The notes beneath the pieces were generated by a model. It made no database searches, was not told where the DNA came from, and saw nothing but the letters and a program-made list of their open reading frames with translations. A DNA stretch of 61,708 bases, the filler included, from Sphacelaria rigidula (lineage: Eukaryota): NCBI GenBank assembly GCA_964200075.2. It is 9 parts of 9 records of this genome, joined end to end, with 100 filler letters (N's around TTAATTAATTAA, not from the genome) between each part and the next. Parts side by side here need not be neighbours in the genome. Positions count along the whole stretch, not along the records: positions 41,208 to 47,974 come from CAXNAA020018180.1; positions 48,075 to 54,841 come from CAXNAA020018181.1; positions 54,942 to 61,708 come from CAXNAA020018182.1; 6 more parts are not named here. One strand, given 5' to 3'. The first letter of the stretch is position 1. Each line of letters opens with the position of its first letter. The translations under genes and the position numbers were made by a program. This document shows positions 46,640 to 59,012 of this stretch, piece by piece.

Positions 46640-47124
46640 GGCCGGATGTTACGGCAAACAGATTTTTGGCCCACGGATTGTTCACTTTTGGGACGTGTGA
46701 GACACTGTTTGACCTCCAAACAGAGAAAATCGCCAACACACGTCTCGGACACTTTGCATCACCCCACAGAGAGACTAGCCTACTCTTCAGATTCGCTTGG
46801 CTCCGAGGTTTCGAGATTGGCCGCTGAACAATTATTCGTGTGCAAAAATCTTTGCTCACCGACTACCCGCCAGTTTGCCCAACGATGATCTGTCGAGATC
46901 GCCGTAGATTTTATTGCACACAGAGTATTGTTCAGCGGCCGCTCTCAAAACCTTGGAGCCAAGCGAATCTGACAAGTGGGCTAAGCTCCCCTCCGTGCGG
47001 TGTTGCAAAGTGTCCAAGACGTGTGTTGACGATTTTCCCTGTTTGGGGGTGAAAAAGTGGCTCAAACATCCCGAAAGTGTGAACAATCCGTAGGTCAAAA
47101 ATCTGTGTGCCATAACATCCGGTC
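46640..47124. mobile_element. Foldback MITE, adjacent to the previous one
   Basis: GGCCGGATGTTACGGCA...TGCCATAACATCCGGTC with arms of about 210 bp. Confidence 0.85.
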
Positions 47125-47349
47125 TTCTTGTTATTGTTGTCTTCACTTTTTTTTTAAACCGTTCCGATATGTGCGCGTTACATTTGTTCTGGGCATCTGA
47201 TGCGGACGCCTTCCGTGTTCACAGGCTATGGCAAAAAACAAAAAACAAAATAGACCCAGATTGAAGCTCACAAAACCCGGCACAACAAGCAAAACAGGGA
47301 TAAATAATGAAGAAGAAAGAGAGTACATGATATAAAATATATATTTCGG

Positions 47350-47940
47350 GACACGTGGGCCCCAAGATCGAAAATTCGAGTTTTGGTGGGGGAGGAGAGA
47401 ACCCAGCCCGCTGTCCCCTCCCAGTTTATTGCCGAGGCGTTGGCGGATGCGGTCAGCTGCCGTGTACAGAGATCCTCGGCATGGAGACCGCTGAGATGAC
47501 GGACACACCTCCCCTCCAAGCTCAGCATCTTCCATGATTACATTTATGGGATCATGTTCTTCCGTGTCGTGTGCCTCGACCATCTACCACTACAGTATTA
47601 GTCCGGGCAAATTTGGCAAGGCGTGAGATTATGTTGCTACTTTGGCTACAGGCTGTCGCTACCCTGCGCTTGTGTATTGTACATATATCAGATGTGTGTG
47701 AGCATCGCCGGCATCCGAGGTCATCGGAACAGGGCGGACAAGGAGCAGAAGCAAATATACGAACCTCTCGAAGCCCGCCAGACTTTTCGGTTTTTGTCAG
47801 TGTTTGTTGATCAATATACTTCAACAGTTTCAACAAAAAAAATCAAAAATTCACAAACAAACACAAAAAAAATCACAAAAAAAAATCACAAAAAAAAACA
47901 GAAATCATGATACTTTTCGAAAAATTGTCCTCCAGTAGGG
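47350..47940. repeat. Unclassified interspersed repeat
   Basis: Reverse complement of 55012-55530 (ggctacaggctgtcgctacc, gattacatttatggg, cggtttttgtcagtgt). Confidence 0.8.
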
Positions 47941-47974
47941 CTTTGTGGATCTACTGCTCCGATATGAGTTTCTC

Positions 47975-48074
47975 NNNNNNNNNNNNNNNNNNNNNNNNNN
48001 NNNNNNNNNNNNNNNNNNTTAATTAATTAANNNNNNNNNNNNNNNNNNNNNNNNNNNNNNNNNNNNNNNNNNNN
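47975..48074. other. Artificial contig-joining linker
   Basis: N44-TTAATTAATTAA-N44. Confidence 0.98.
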
Positions 48075-48360
48075 GAACGACTAAGGCGAGCAACAAATGA
48101 GTACCGCCCCCGCCCCCCCCCCCAAAAAAAGTGCATGGTTTTGGGATGCCAAATCTTCAAATCTTCACGTAAATCGAAGTGGGAAAAGCCGAGCACAACG
48201 AGAAGCTGGGAATTCCCACGCTTGGGTTCGTTCTAGTCAATGTTGCCAATAATATGAGGCGCTTCATTCAGCCTTAACCCGAACATGAGGCGCTGTATTG
48301 TATGGCCATTTTTTTCGTAACACTTTCAGCTGGTTTGGGGGGGGGAGGCTATCGTAGAAA
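48075..48360 (+). repeat. Family PG element plus ~240-bp extension shared with 52440-52680
   Basis: ACGACTAAGGCGAGCAACAAATGAGTAC + C-run, then sequence whose reverse complement matches 52440-52680. Confidence 0.8.
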
Positions 48361-48828
48361 GTGCCGAAAGTACTCTTCTTTTGCCTCGATTTTGCACCAC
48401 CAGTTCAGTGTGTCCTTACACAAAAATTCGGCTTTGTCACGCTCTTCAGCTGTCCACGGCGGTCAGTATCGTTTTTCCGCATGTTCTTTCCGCTATATTG
48501 TCATCGCAGTTTTCTCATGTCTCTATTATTTGCTCCAAGTGAGTGTATTCCCAACTCTGCTCTCGATACTGTATTACTCGTCGTTTTTCGAGCACCCAAG
48601 TATTTTCTTCGCTGTTGTCATCTGTACTGCTTCCAACTTCTTCACCAATTTCACGTTCCCCTCTCAAATTTCTCCTGCATATAGGTATTGCGAAAGGCAT
48701 TTGCTGATGACCCAATTTGGGATGATGAGTGTGAACCAGCCTGTATCACTATACAAGAATGTTATAAACATAGCCAGTGACGGCAAACTTCAAATAAACT
48801 GGATAAACTGGAGTCCTCATCACCAGTT

Positions 48829-49275
48829 AGGACGGGATCTTACAAATTGGGGATGGATCTTAAATTGGGGACGAGAAACCCGGAGGATTAAAATCTTCGT
48901 ATCCACACCAAGTCTTCGAGATACGGTTCCATTTCTTCACCTGCTGATAGCTCTTGACAATTGCTACACGTCGTACAAATTCGGATTTCGATCACCGAAA
49001 TTTTGGGGTCCCAGGTAAAAACCCTTTTGGGGAATTCCGGGTGTCCGAACGGACGCCAAAATTATTCCGAAATTGATTTCTTTACCCAGGGCCCCAACAT
49101 TTCGGTGATCGAAATCCAAATTTATATGGCGTGTAGCAGTTGCCGGTAGCTATCAGTAGGTGAAGAAATGGGACCATACTTATTTTGAGGATTTGGTGTG
49201 GATACGAAGATTTTAATCCTCCGGGTTTCTCATCCCCAATAAAAGATCCATCCCCAATTTGTAAGATCCCGCGTT
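48829..49275. mobile_element. Foldback MITE, AACACGGG-type termini, TSD AGTT
   Basis: Long TIRs (CGGGATCTTACAAATTGGGGATGGATC...); AGTT at 48825-48828 and 49276-49279; empty site at ~37454. Confidence 0.88.
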
Positions 49276-49380
49276 AGTTCCAGTTAAACCCCAGTTCGTT
49301 CAATTGCCAGTACAAACTGGTCTAGTTCACAGAGCTAACAACAAGACGTGTACGGTATCAGAGTTAGGATCGTGTCCACA

Positions 49381-49806
49381 ATTAGCCGATTATCGAAGTT
49401 GAGGATGGAGCTTTTCGTTGAGGATGAGAACCCGGAGGATTAAAATCTAAATCTTCCTACCCCTACCAAATCTCCGAAATATGGTTACATTCCTTCACCT
49501 ACTGGTAGCTGTTGAAAAGTACGTCACACAAATTGAGATTTCGAGAACCGAAATCTTGGGCTCCTAGGTGAAGAAACAATTTCGGGGAATTTCGGTGATC
49601 CGATCGAGTCAACTGAATCACCCAAGATTGTTTCGTTATCTAGGGCCCCAGCACTTCGGTTATCGAAACCCAAATTTGCAGGGCGTGTTGCAGTTGTCGA
49701 AAGCTACCAGTGGGTGAAGGAATGTGGCCATATTTTGAAGATTTGGTGCGGATATGAAGAACATAATCCAATAAAAAGCTCTACTCAATTTCGATGTTGA
49801 GCTATT
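49381..49806. mobile_element. Related foldback MITE, AATAGCCG-type termini
   Basis: Same internal arms as 48829-49275 but different outer ~25 bp; paralog of 60380-60822. Confidence 0.75.
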
Positions 49807-52076
49807 GACAGTCTTTGTCGCGGCGAAGGATAATGCCCAGGGTGTCTCCGCCGCTTTTCTTGCTGCTCCATCTTCGCAGTAAATGTCTTTTGCCCCCATC
49901 GATTTCTCCCAAGCCCAATTTTTCGCTCGTCGGCATTTGCCTCTCGGCTTCCCTCCTGTTTGGCCACGGGGAGTAATATTTGTGAGAAAGTGCACACGAA
50001 GTGCGGAACCTTCATGTACAGATGCTTTTCCCCCTCATCTTGCCTGCCCCTACTAGGAAAAAGATGGAACCACTCATTGTGGATGCACTTGCGGTTAGCG
50101 TCAACGTCGTGGTCTATCGTGAAACAAAGAAACGCACTCGGCAAAATGCACTGGGTTCGACTCCCTGCTCTACGCCGCCCGCTGACTGACATCACCGCTG
50201 CCTTTGACTGGAAAAAAACAGAAGAAGAAAAAAAGGTCATGTCGGGAAATCACGCGAGCGCAAAACGTGGCTGTCGCACCGACACGTACGTGTCAGTGCC
50301 CTCACTTACACACACGAGAACCGTTCCCCCATGTAATCTCGGCCATGAAACCTTCGCCCCGTCATATTTTCATAGCGTACCACCGTAAAAAACAGAAACG
50401 CAAACAAGAAACACCGGCGCGAAAAAAAACACGAACTGTGCTATATCTCCCAGTCAATACACATCCACAACACGAGAACAATCGTCGCCCACGTCAAGAC
50501 GCACACCAATCAAATAGTAATCTTGATCCCCCGCCTGCTACACATACACTAAAAACCACATGTATGTGCAATCATGAAAAGCCTCCTCGACGTGTGTCCC
50601 ACCCATGGCGCAGCAACACATACACTTCACACCGCACAGCAGCAACACGCCCAGGGAACAAACACGTGAACCCACAGGACGACACACGCACACAATTACG
50701 CGTACAACAAAACACAGCACACAAGCGCCAACCGCAAAACCACGTCGCAGACGCGCTCGACCCAGAAGGACGGACACAGCGACTGCTGCTGTTTTCATGG
50801 GACAGCGGTGCGTTTCGAGCACTTGCGAACTGGACGACATTTCTCGACAGAGCGTACTCCCCTGGAGAGTTACGACATACAACGTGGATGCAGCATGTTA
50901 TATCCTGCACACCCCAGCGCAGCCAAACCCCAAACGAATTTTACACTTCTCCAGAAGCAAAAGCACCACTCTTCCCCCCCCCCCCGCCCCCCGCCCCTAT
51001 ATCGCACGCAGTCGAGCATGAGGTCTACGTGCCATCACCATGCCTCAGTCCTGGATTATGACGATTATAGTCGAATGAGAACACCCCTAGGGCTCGCATA
51101 GCTGCACTTGTAGTACAAAATCGACATGCAGCAAGGTGGATTTGCTCGTAACGTTCCAGTGAAGACGAAACTTCCATACAGTGGATCTGCTCGCTTCGTT
51201 CTAGTGAACACGAAAATTACATCCCGAGGTCGATTCTAGCGCCTTAGTACGCTTCGATACAGGCTGCGCCTGAGAGTAAGCAAAGTTTTGTCCTTGGCCA
51301 GAGAGACCCGAGCGCCCTCCTCGCCACCAGAGATGCCATTACTACTCGCCGCTGGAGTTCCAGGCCCCACCCCAGCGAAATCAAACCCGGCAGAAAAATC
51401 AGGAGGGTTTTAGTGCCAAGTTTCCCGTTTCAACGTTCGACTCCGCAAGCGATGCACAGCCTCAACAGATACAACATTTTCCTGCTGGTACCAAATCACC
51501 ACAGCACGGTAAATTATCCAGCGTAATAGAAGTTCCGTCCAATACTCGGCTATCGGTGATAAATTCCGGCGACATGTTTTCACTTGTGCCGTTACGAGTA
51601 CTACATACCGAACGTTACATAGGAGGTTCTCACACTAATTTCCGAAAGGGGCGTGTTACGCTCACAAGCAAGGTCTGCCCTTGAACCTGTATACCCACTC
51701 GGAAGGTTTGCACGGATGGATCCTCAACATTTCAGTCGTCGGTCGGTCTGATAAAAGGGGCCAACGTGATGAGACGTCTGTAGCGAGGGCCGCGCCCTCT
51801 TGTTCATGCTCCAAGAATCGCGTAATACCCTCATCATATTCGGATCAACGCGGATTTTCCCCCGTGAATCCATTCGGCTCTTCCAACTACACAAAAGGGC
51901 GTGTCTTGTGTGGAACACGACAAAACCATCAACCCGCACGCCAGTTCTTGCCGCCCCCCCGATTCCCCGCCTAAAACCGAGAAACAATGACTACGACCCT
52001 TCCGTCCTTCTCATGACACTTCCTGTACTACCAACATCGAACTTTCACGAATATATCTACGATTTTCCCCTCAAAA

Positions 52077-52241
52077 TCATGAACCTATCGCCGAGCGACT
52101 GTAACGCAAGAAACACTTATCCGCCACCTCCTCGAGCTTTTCGACGGCATACTCTAGATCCTCTCGGCTGTGGCCAGCCGAGATACAGATGCGTGTTCGC
52201 CCAGACGTGAGCGCAGTCGCCGGAAAGCCCACCACAACCAC
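52077..52241 (-). CDS. LCB2: Serine palmitoyltransferase LCB2/SPT2, terminal exon
   Basis: CAG acceptor; VVVVGFPATALTSGRTRICISAGHSREDLEYAVEKLEEV; TGA. Confidence 0.95.
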   Translation of the reverse strand: MVVVGFPATALTSGRTRICISAGHSREDLEYAVEKLEEVADKCFLRYSRSAIGS

Positions 52242-52439
52242 CTGTGATAAATCAACAAGTTGAATTTTTCGCAGAGCAAGAGAGAGGATCAGGTATCGGC
52301 AACAGATGACGTACAGAGATTTCGGCCAACGACCGGTGAGATATGAACACGGCGCGTCCCCCGGTAAAGTATAGGGCACAGCGGTCCGCATAGTAACGGG
52401 GTGGGCACGGCAACACCACTATCTTAGACGGATGAAAAT

Positions 52440-52758
52440 GTGCTGGAGTCTTCCTACAAAAGCCTTCCCTCCAAAACCAGCCCAAAAGTGTCACGAATAA
52501 AAATGGCCATACAGCGCCTGATGTTTGGTTTCACGCTGCATGAAGCACCTCACATGGGCGATATTGGCGAGAACGAACCCAAGGGTGGGACTTCCCCTGC
52601 TGCTTGTTGTGCTCGGCTTTCTTCATTCCGATTCACGTGTAAACTTTGCCTCCCGACACCAGCCACTTTGGGTGGGAGAGGGGGGGGGGGCGTACTCATT
52701 TGTTGCTTGTCTTGGTCGTTTGACCATTGACCACGCATCCCTTTCGAGACGGAGCACC
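52440..52758 (-). repeat. Family PG element plus ~240-bp extension, in LCB2 intron
   Basis: G-run + full core ending GAGACGGAGCACC; extension matches 48124-48360 inverted. Confidence 0.88.
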
Positions 52759-53038
52759 GTTCCTTCTCCTAATGGAGACACCTCCAACATTCTGGCGCTC
52801 ATTACGGGGGAGGGGGATATCGTAAACAGTGTCGCTGGTGAGTGAGTGAGGTGAGAGGGTGAACGAGAACATGTCAGCAAAAAAATCACCTGTGAAAAAG
52901 GTGCGCAAAAACACACCCCGGACATGACTTCACCCAAACAACAAATGCTACCGGCTTGTACGGAATACTACTTCCAGCCGGCGAAGTCATTCACAGTGTG
53001 CCCTGAAAAAATCCACCGCGACAACGGTCCGCGCTTAC

Positions 53039-53162
53039 CGCCAGGCCTCGCTCGTAGCACTCCTTAGAAAAAGCCGACAGCTTCGCCGGCACGTATATCA
53101 CGGCGGGGATTACTGGCGAGTTGTAGTCTCCGAGCACGTGCATCCCCATGTCCTCCAGCTTG
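53039..53162 (-). CDS. LCB2: Serine palmitoyltransferase LCB2/SPT2, penultimate exon
   Basis: KLEDMGMHVLGDYNSPVIPAVIYVPAKLSAFSKECYERGLA; phase-2 CAG acceptor, GTAAGC donor. Confidence 0.95.
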
Positions 53163-53749
53163 CTGCTCGCGCATACGACGACCAGTAAGAAGAGGAAGAT
53201 ATGTCGTTCATTCAACTTTTTTTCACGAGAAAACATGTCAAGGGCAAGATAAAACAAAAACATGAGTCATTATGCTGCGTGTTTCTGGTTTAATTGGTAC
53301 AGCTTGAAGCCGGTTAGGGCCAATGGAGTTGAGGATTCGAGTCCCAGGATATGCCACGTTTATTTGATGAGCATCTGATTTTCATTATTGAACACGTGGG
53401 AGGACCTAACTGGCAGAGGCAGAGAACTTTTTACCAAAATGGAAGCGGTGCGGGAGTAGTCAGCATCCAGTCCGAGTATGGTGCCAAAGTGCCAGGGATG
53501 TACTGTACCCACGTGTTGATCAAGAGGCACCAGTAAGGCAGTTGATTTGTCTAAGCTATCCCCAGACCGCACCACGCCATACAGGTGAAGTGGAGGGAAA
53601 AACAGGTAACACAATAATAGTCGTCCATGTACCGTACAACACGTCTGCGGCTAATGCAGTTGCTTACCAAAAAGTGTGATACTGCGCTTATAGTTCTCGG
53701 CGAATCTCCACAACAACATAATTCAGGTACAAAACGATCGGTGGCGATG

Positions 53750-53851
53750 GAGGGGGAGGGGGGGGGGAGGGGGGCGTAGTCATTTGTTGCTTGCCTTAGT
53801 TGTTTAACCATTGACCACGCATACCTCTCGAGACGGAGTCCCTTTGGGGGG
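53750..53851 (-). repeat. Family PG element in LCB2 intron
   Basis: G-run + core + GAGACGGAGTCCCTTT + G-run. Confidence 0.88.
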
Positions 53852-54540
53852 CGGATCGACAGGGTGAGATATACCATCCCTTGCCTACAATCCAAAACAA
53901 TGGCACACACAGGACAACAGGCGGTCGATAGTTGCAATAGAAAAATCCATCGCGTCAACTGTTGCCCCCTACTGACGATGGGCGCAATAGAACATACCTT
54001 ACGCACTATGTTCTTCGTGTTGCAACTTTTAATAACGACAAACGAGTGTCCAGGGTGTGATGACCAGCAGCGCGAAATCGAGCCAGCCTTCCTCATCTCC
54101 CGTCATGAGTCAGTCCGGTTGAAGAAAATAACAAAGGGAACAATTCCGCTTGTATCTTTTCTCGTTGAGAGCGGCCAGGGCCTATCTTAGCACATCACTT
54201 TTCGATCGAAAAAGTGCGGTGGAAAAACAAAATCCTGATCTGATAGGCCATGATTTCAACCATCTTCAAAATTTGCGACGATGGTTGAAACTACGACCCA
54301 TCAGATCGGGATTTTTGTTCATCATCGCACAATTTCGATCGAAAACTAGTGTGCTAAGACAGGCTCTCAGAGCAACCACGGCATTGCAAAAACCGTACGT
54401 ATTTACTATTTCCTACTCCCGAACAAGGAACCCCCTCAACGATAGCGCAGAATGTTAGCGGTCATATTCCATACCACGGTTGAAAACTGCTGTGTGGAGC
54501 AAAGGGTGAAAAGGTCTGGAAAGCGCTGGCGTTTCCTTAC

Positions 54541-54724
54541 CGCCTAACGAAGTTGCTGTTATCACGGAGAGCCCTGAGCTTGTTTACCCCGATGTTGGTC
54601 CCATCCTCCCCCATGATGATCTTCAGGGCGGTCACCACCTGTTGGGCCACTACGGGCGACAAGGCGTTGTGGTAAACCACACCCGCGCACCTTGCCTTGA
54701 TGTGGTTGATCAATTCTTTCGAAC
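54541..54724 (-). CDS. LCB2: Serine palmitoyltransferase LCB2/SPT2, internal exon (not in the ORF track)
   Basis: (G)SKELINHIKARCAGVVYHNALSPVVAQQVVTALKIIMGEDGTNIGVNKLRALRDNSNFVR; CAG acceptor, GTAAGG donor, phase fits the next exon. Confidence 0.95.
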
Positions 54725-54841
54725 CTGTGTTTTATTTCATTTTTGGCGTTTCAACGAGTCAAGACGGGGTGGGTAAGCGGGGGAGTGGGTGGGGGGATGG
54801 GGGGGGGTACTTCTGATGATGCATGCCGTAGTCATTGAACC

Positions 54842-54941
54842 NNNNNNNNNNNNNNNNNNNNNNNNNNNNNNNNNNNNNNNNNNNNTTAATTAATTAANNN
54901 NNNNNNNNNNNNNNNNNNNNNNNNNNNNNNNNNNNNNNNNN
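54842..54941. other. Artificial contig-joining linker
   Basis: N44-TTAATTAATTAA-N44. Confidence 0.98.
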
Positions 54942-55011
54942 TCGAAAGGGATGCGTGGTCAATGGTCAAATGACTAAGGCAAGCAACAAATGAGTACGCC
55001 CCCCCCCCCCC
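54942..55011 (+). repeat. Family PG element at contig start
   Basis: TCGAAAGGGATGCGTGGTCAATGG...GAGTACG + C-run. Confidence 0.9.
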
Positions 55012-55530
55012 TTCCGAAGGACAGTTTTGTATAGTTGTCATGATTGTTTTGAATAAAGTTTGTTATTTTTGTTGCAAGAAATCTATCAATATACACTGAC
55101 AAAAACCGAAACGTCGGGTGGGCTTCGCAAGGTTTGTTTGTTTGCTTCTCCTCCTTGCCCGCTCTGTCCCAATGACCTTGAATGCCGGCCACGCTCACAC
55201 ACAAATATGTACACGAGTGCAAGGTAGCGACAGCCTGTAGCCAGAGTAGAAACATTTTTTCACGCCTCGCCCAACTTGCCCGGACTACTGGTGGGTACTC
55301 GAGACATACGACACGGAACATAGCCCATAAATGTAATCATGATCGCCTTGGGGGGGCGGCGTGTACGCCACCTCACCAGTCTTCATGCCAAGTATCTCTG
55401 TACACCTCAGCTGATCGCATCCGCCAACGCCCAGACAATATACGAGGGAACTGCAGGCTGGGTGTCCCCCTCCCCCCCCCTTATCCCCCCCCCCCCCCTG
55501 AAAAAATCGTGTTTTCGATCGTAAGGCGTA
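55012..55530. repeat. Unclassified interspersed repeat
   Basis: Inverted paralog of 47350-47940. Confidence 0.8.
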
Positions 55531-56420
55531 CCTGTGCTGAAATCGTTTCAGCGCAACTCTCTGGCGAGTTTTTTCCGGCGTTAATTCGGCGTGCTCCGTC
55601 CCGGCTGTGAAGGCATGCAAGGTCAACGGTCAAGGTCACGAGTACACACCGCCTCCCGGTGTATGCTGCTTTTGAGGGTTAGCGCAAGCTAGGAAGAACA
55701 CTGTGAAACACGCTACTTGCTACAAGCGCTAGGCAACCAGCTTGCCGCTCTCCCGCTCGCCCCCCCTCCCGGAATGTCGAATACTCCAGTGGGTTTTGTT
55801 TACACATTCCCCCACCGGCCTCGGCCCCGAGCGCGGAGGATGGGTTGGGTCACCTGACGGCAGAGGCCTGAGGAAAGATACAACGCATTTTGGCTAGTAC
55901 GGAAACTCAGTGACATATACGGTCAGACTGCTCCGCATCACGTCCGTGTGGAAGCTGGATGACTCCTACTATCCAGGTACCCCTGCACGTGGAAGCGGTA
56001 CGGTGTTCACCACCCATGATACAGTCGATACTTTCCCCAGGTCGTACACCCGAACCACCGAGACCGAGTCAGGGCAGCCGAAGCGGCGACCCCTGAAAGA
56101 GTACAACACCTGGCTTGTGCAGAGGGTAACTACTACTGTCTGACTGCTCTGCACCGCAGAGGTGTGAGATGGAATGCCCATCGCGCTGGCATTACGGAGT
56201 GGACCATACGGTGGTTAGCACCCGTGAGTTTGCTCTCACATGGCAATGGTATCGAAGTCCGCCTGATCTCTCCCGGCGGGGGCCTAATCCGACTTATCAT
56301 CTCCACCGCCTAAAGCATTGTCACCGTAGGTCTGAAAGCAGACAGCGGCGTGAGTGTAATCATAAAGGTCGACTTGGCAGAGGTCGACGTGCGTGGGGCT
56401 CGCTGGAACTCGCGTAGTAA

Positions 56421-56548
56421 TGAGGAGGCAAGAACCGGTTTAGGCAGAAACGTGCGTGAATACAGAGAGTAGCTCACAAATACTGAGGAGGCAAGAATCG
56501 GTGTGGGCATAAACGTGCGTGAAGACAAAGAGTAACCCACAAATACTG
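56421..56548 (+). repeat. 63-bp tandem duplication (2 copies)
   Basis: tgaggaggcaagaa...aaacgtgcgtgaa.aca.agagta.c.cacaaatactga twice. Confidence 0.85.
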
Positions 56549-56627
56549 AATCGGACATCAACAGCAAAGGGACATGGCAAAACAAAGAAATGAAATGAGT
56601 GAAATACCAGCTCGGCGAGCAGCCAAG

Positions 56628-57369
56628 AACACGGGATCTTACGAATTGGGGGTGGATCTTTTATTGGGGATGAGAAATCCGGAGAATTAAAACATTCGTA
56701 TCCACACCAAATCCTCAAGATATGGTTCCATTTCTTCACCTACTGATAGCTATTGACAACTGCTACACGCTATATAGAATTTTCGATTTCGATCACCGAA
56801 ATGTTGGGGTCCTAGGGGGTAAAGACAATTTCGGAACCATCACGGGTGGCCACTGGGGTCTGTAACCTGGCCATTTTGGGACCTTATCCACCTTTGGTAA
56901 GGTCCGCGGATTAGGTGGACAACTGAAGAGCATTCGCACAGCATGGACAGGTTCGAAACAAAGCATGTTCCAGTCTACAGGGGAGCCACCCGCCTATAGA
57001 CTGGGGTGTGTTTTGTTTCGATCCTGTCCATGCCGTGCGAATGCTCTTCAGTTGTCTACCCAACCCGCGGACCCTGTCAAAGGTGAATAAAGTTCCAAAA
57101 TGGGCAGATTACAGACCCCAGTGGCCACCCGTGATTTTGGCGTCCGTTCGGACACCCGGAATTCCTGAAACTTGGTTTCCCACCTAGGACCCCATCACTT
57201 CGGTGATCGAAATCCAAATTTCTATGGTGTGTAGCAGTTGTCAATAGCTAACAGTAGGTGAACAAATGGAACCATATTTTGAAGATTTGGTGTGAAAGCG
57301 AAGATTATAATTATCCGGGTTTCTCACCCCCAATGAAGGATCCATCCCCAATTTGAAAGATCCCGTGTT
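56628..57369. mobile_element. Foldback MITE, AACACGGG termini, TSD CAAG, inserted in the LINE
   Basis: AACACGGGATCTT...AAGATCCCGTGTT; CAAG at 56624-56627 and 57370-57373. Confidence 0.92.
56841..57133. mobile_element. Nested foldback MITE, CACGGG termini, 2-bp TSD AT (CMC/CACTA-like)
   Basis: CACGGGTGGCCACTGGGGTCTGTAA...TTACAGACCCCAGTGGCCACCCGTG; removing it plus one AT restores the length of the paralogous site in 48829-49275. Confidence 0.88.
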
Positions 57370-58724
57370 CAAGGCTCAGGCTCGTGCCAATCGCACTACA
57401 GCAAGTCCAGAGTACCAATCCAAAGAGCTGGTAGTCGCCACTTGATATGTACACCATGGCCGAGAGTGGTTTCGATGACACAGATCACGCTGAGGACCTG
57501 CTGCCTCTTGTATCCAAATAAACTGAGATTTCGTCGCCTTTTGAAGAATCCGTCGCGATGGACGAGCGATGTTCCACGCACCAGCAGCAGGATGCATCGT
57601 TCACTGCAGCGGCCAGTGCTAAGGATACGGCGGTAAACCGGGAGTGCTTGGTGTCGGCCCTGCCATCAAGGACTATATCGTCAGCACGCTGGGCCCAGAA
57701 GCCATCGTCCTCGATCACGTGAGTGCCAGAATCTTCAAAATACGAGTAGTTCTCAGGCATAAATAATGTTGCACAATCTTCATCGTAGGGTATGCTCTTC
57801 CTACTGAGACAACACAAGGTTATGGAAATATCAAGTTCCAGGAAGCCCTCAGTAGTCCGATTGCTGAAGAACCCGCCAACGAGCACTTAGTACTCATGAT
57901 GATGGATGCCCATGCTCGTACCGGAAAGAGAGAAGGAGGAGGTATGGGTGACGTTCGGGTATTGGCAGAGTATGGCAGAGATACCCAGGATGACAATGTT
58001 GGATGTCTTTTGAAATGCGCTGCGAAACATCAAATAACCATAACCAACACATTTTTTCGCACCCCAACCCCGGGGAGAGCTCGACCGCATATATGCATGC
58101 GGCTGGTCGAACACCGCTGGCGCCTAGATAACACCCTGTCACGTCAGCAAGAACGCAGACCCGTCCGAAATGTTGACACTGTGCACCCTGAGATAAGATC
58201 GGACCATCGTCTGGTCTCAGCCACCACCTGTCTCCTCGGACGGAACGGTCCCAACCGCCAACCGAAACCGAGAGGCTGGGATGGGGAAGTGCGTTTCGAT
58301 CTCAAAGCCGTCGCATCCGACCGAAGCTGGAGAGCGACTGCCTCACAGGCCATTGCCGCCAAGCTGCCGATCGCCACCAATCCCCCCGCAGTAATGGACG
58401 TCAACGACATGGCCCTCATTTACCTTCGCCAGCGCCCTGCGATAGACAATTGCGGATACACTCCGCCGACTCTCCATGGAAACGCCATCTGTAGATTCAG
58501 TGAGTCAACTTAAGCTCCGAATCGCCTTCGAGAAGCGTGCGATCCCAGGGAAAGTGCATGGAAGAAATTGCGAGCAAACCTCGAAGACGCTGTCTTTAAG
58601 AAGGCGCTCAAGGCGATGGACAAAGCGTTCAAACGGGTGAAGGACGCTTGAGCTGCAGATCTTCGTTCACGAGGTCACAGTCTGGATCGCGGAGCTTGTT
58701 CGCAAGAACCCCAAGCACTGTAAA

Positions 58725-59012
58725 CAATGTTTTCGTGAGTTTGAGAATAGACGACACGATTGAGAGTGAGAAGCGCTTATCGAGTGAATCGTTTCAGCTC
58801 CGCAATGACTCTCCACATGGCCCAATACGCTCTTGTAGTAGCTTGCCACTGAAGCCCTCGATATCCCCGAGTAGGACATCGACGTATGGCTATAAGCACA
58901 TGTAGCGTTACAAATCAAGACGAGTACACAAAATGGAAGTTTGTCAAATTAAAGCGGATGGTAATACCCACTCTCAATCGTATCTCCTACAACCAACCTC
59001 TCAAAAACATCG
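58725..59012. mobile_element. CA(A/G)TGTTTTCGTGAG-TIR MITE interrupting the LINE ORF
   Basis: Paralog of 34437-34732; the LINE reading frame resumes afterwards (LYQDIKSLVLEG). Confidence 0.8.

Noticed and set aside
48302..49018. 238-aa hydrophobic ORF; hAT-like DTLNWW on the minus strand
   Set aside because: The ORF runs through repeats and a MITE; the hAT-like motif lacks the following conserved residues.
50204..51061. 285-aa ORF
   Set aside because: Arises from A/C-rich low-complexity sequence, with no motif or splice support.
48075..52758. Pack-type element capturing the last LCB2 exon between inverted ~300-bp repeats
   Set aside because: The exon is in phase and colinear with upstream exons outside the pair, the arms are diverged, and no TSD can be checked; independent insertions are simpler.
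56923..56970. Hammerhead-like CTGAAGA...CGAAAC (also 55868-55906, and minus strand ~59960-59990)
   Set aside because: Stem II does not pair and no stem I/III with a cleavage triplet can be built.
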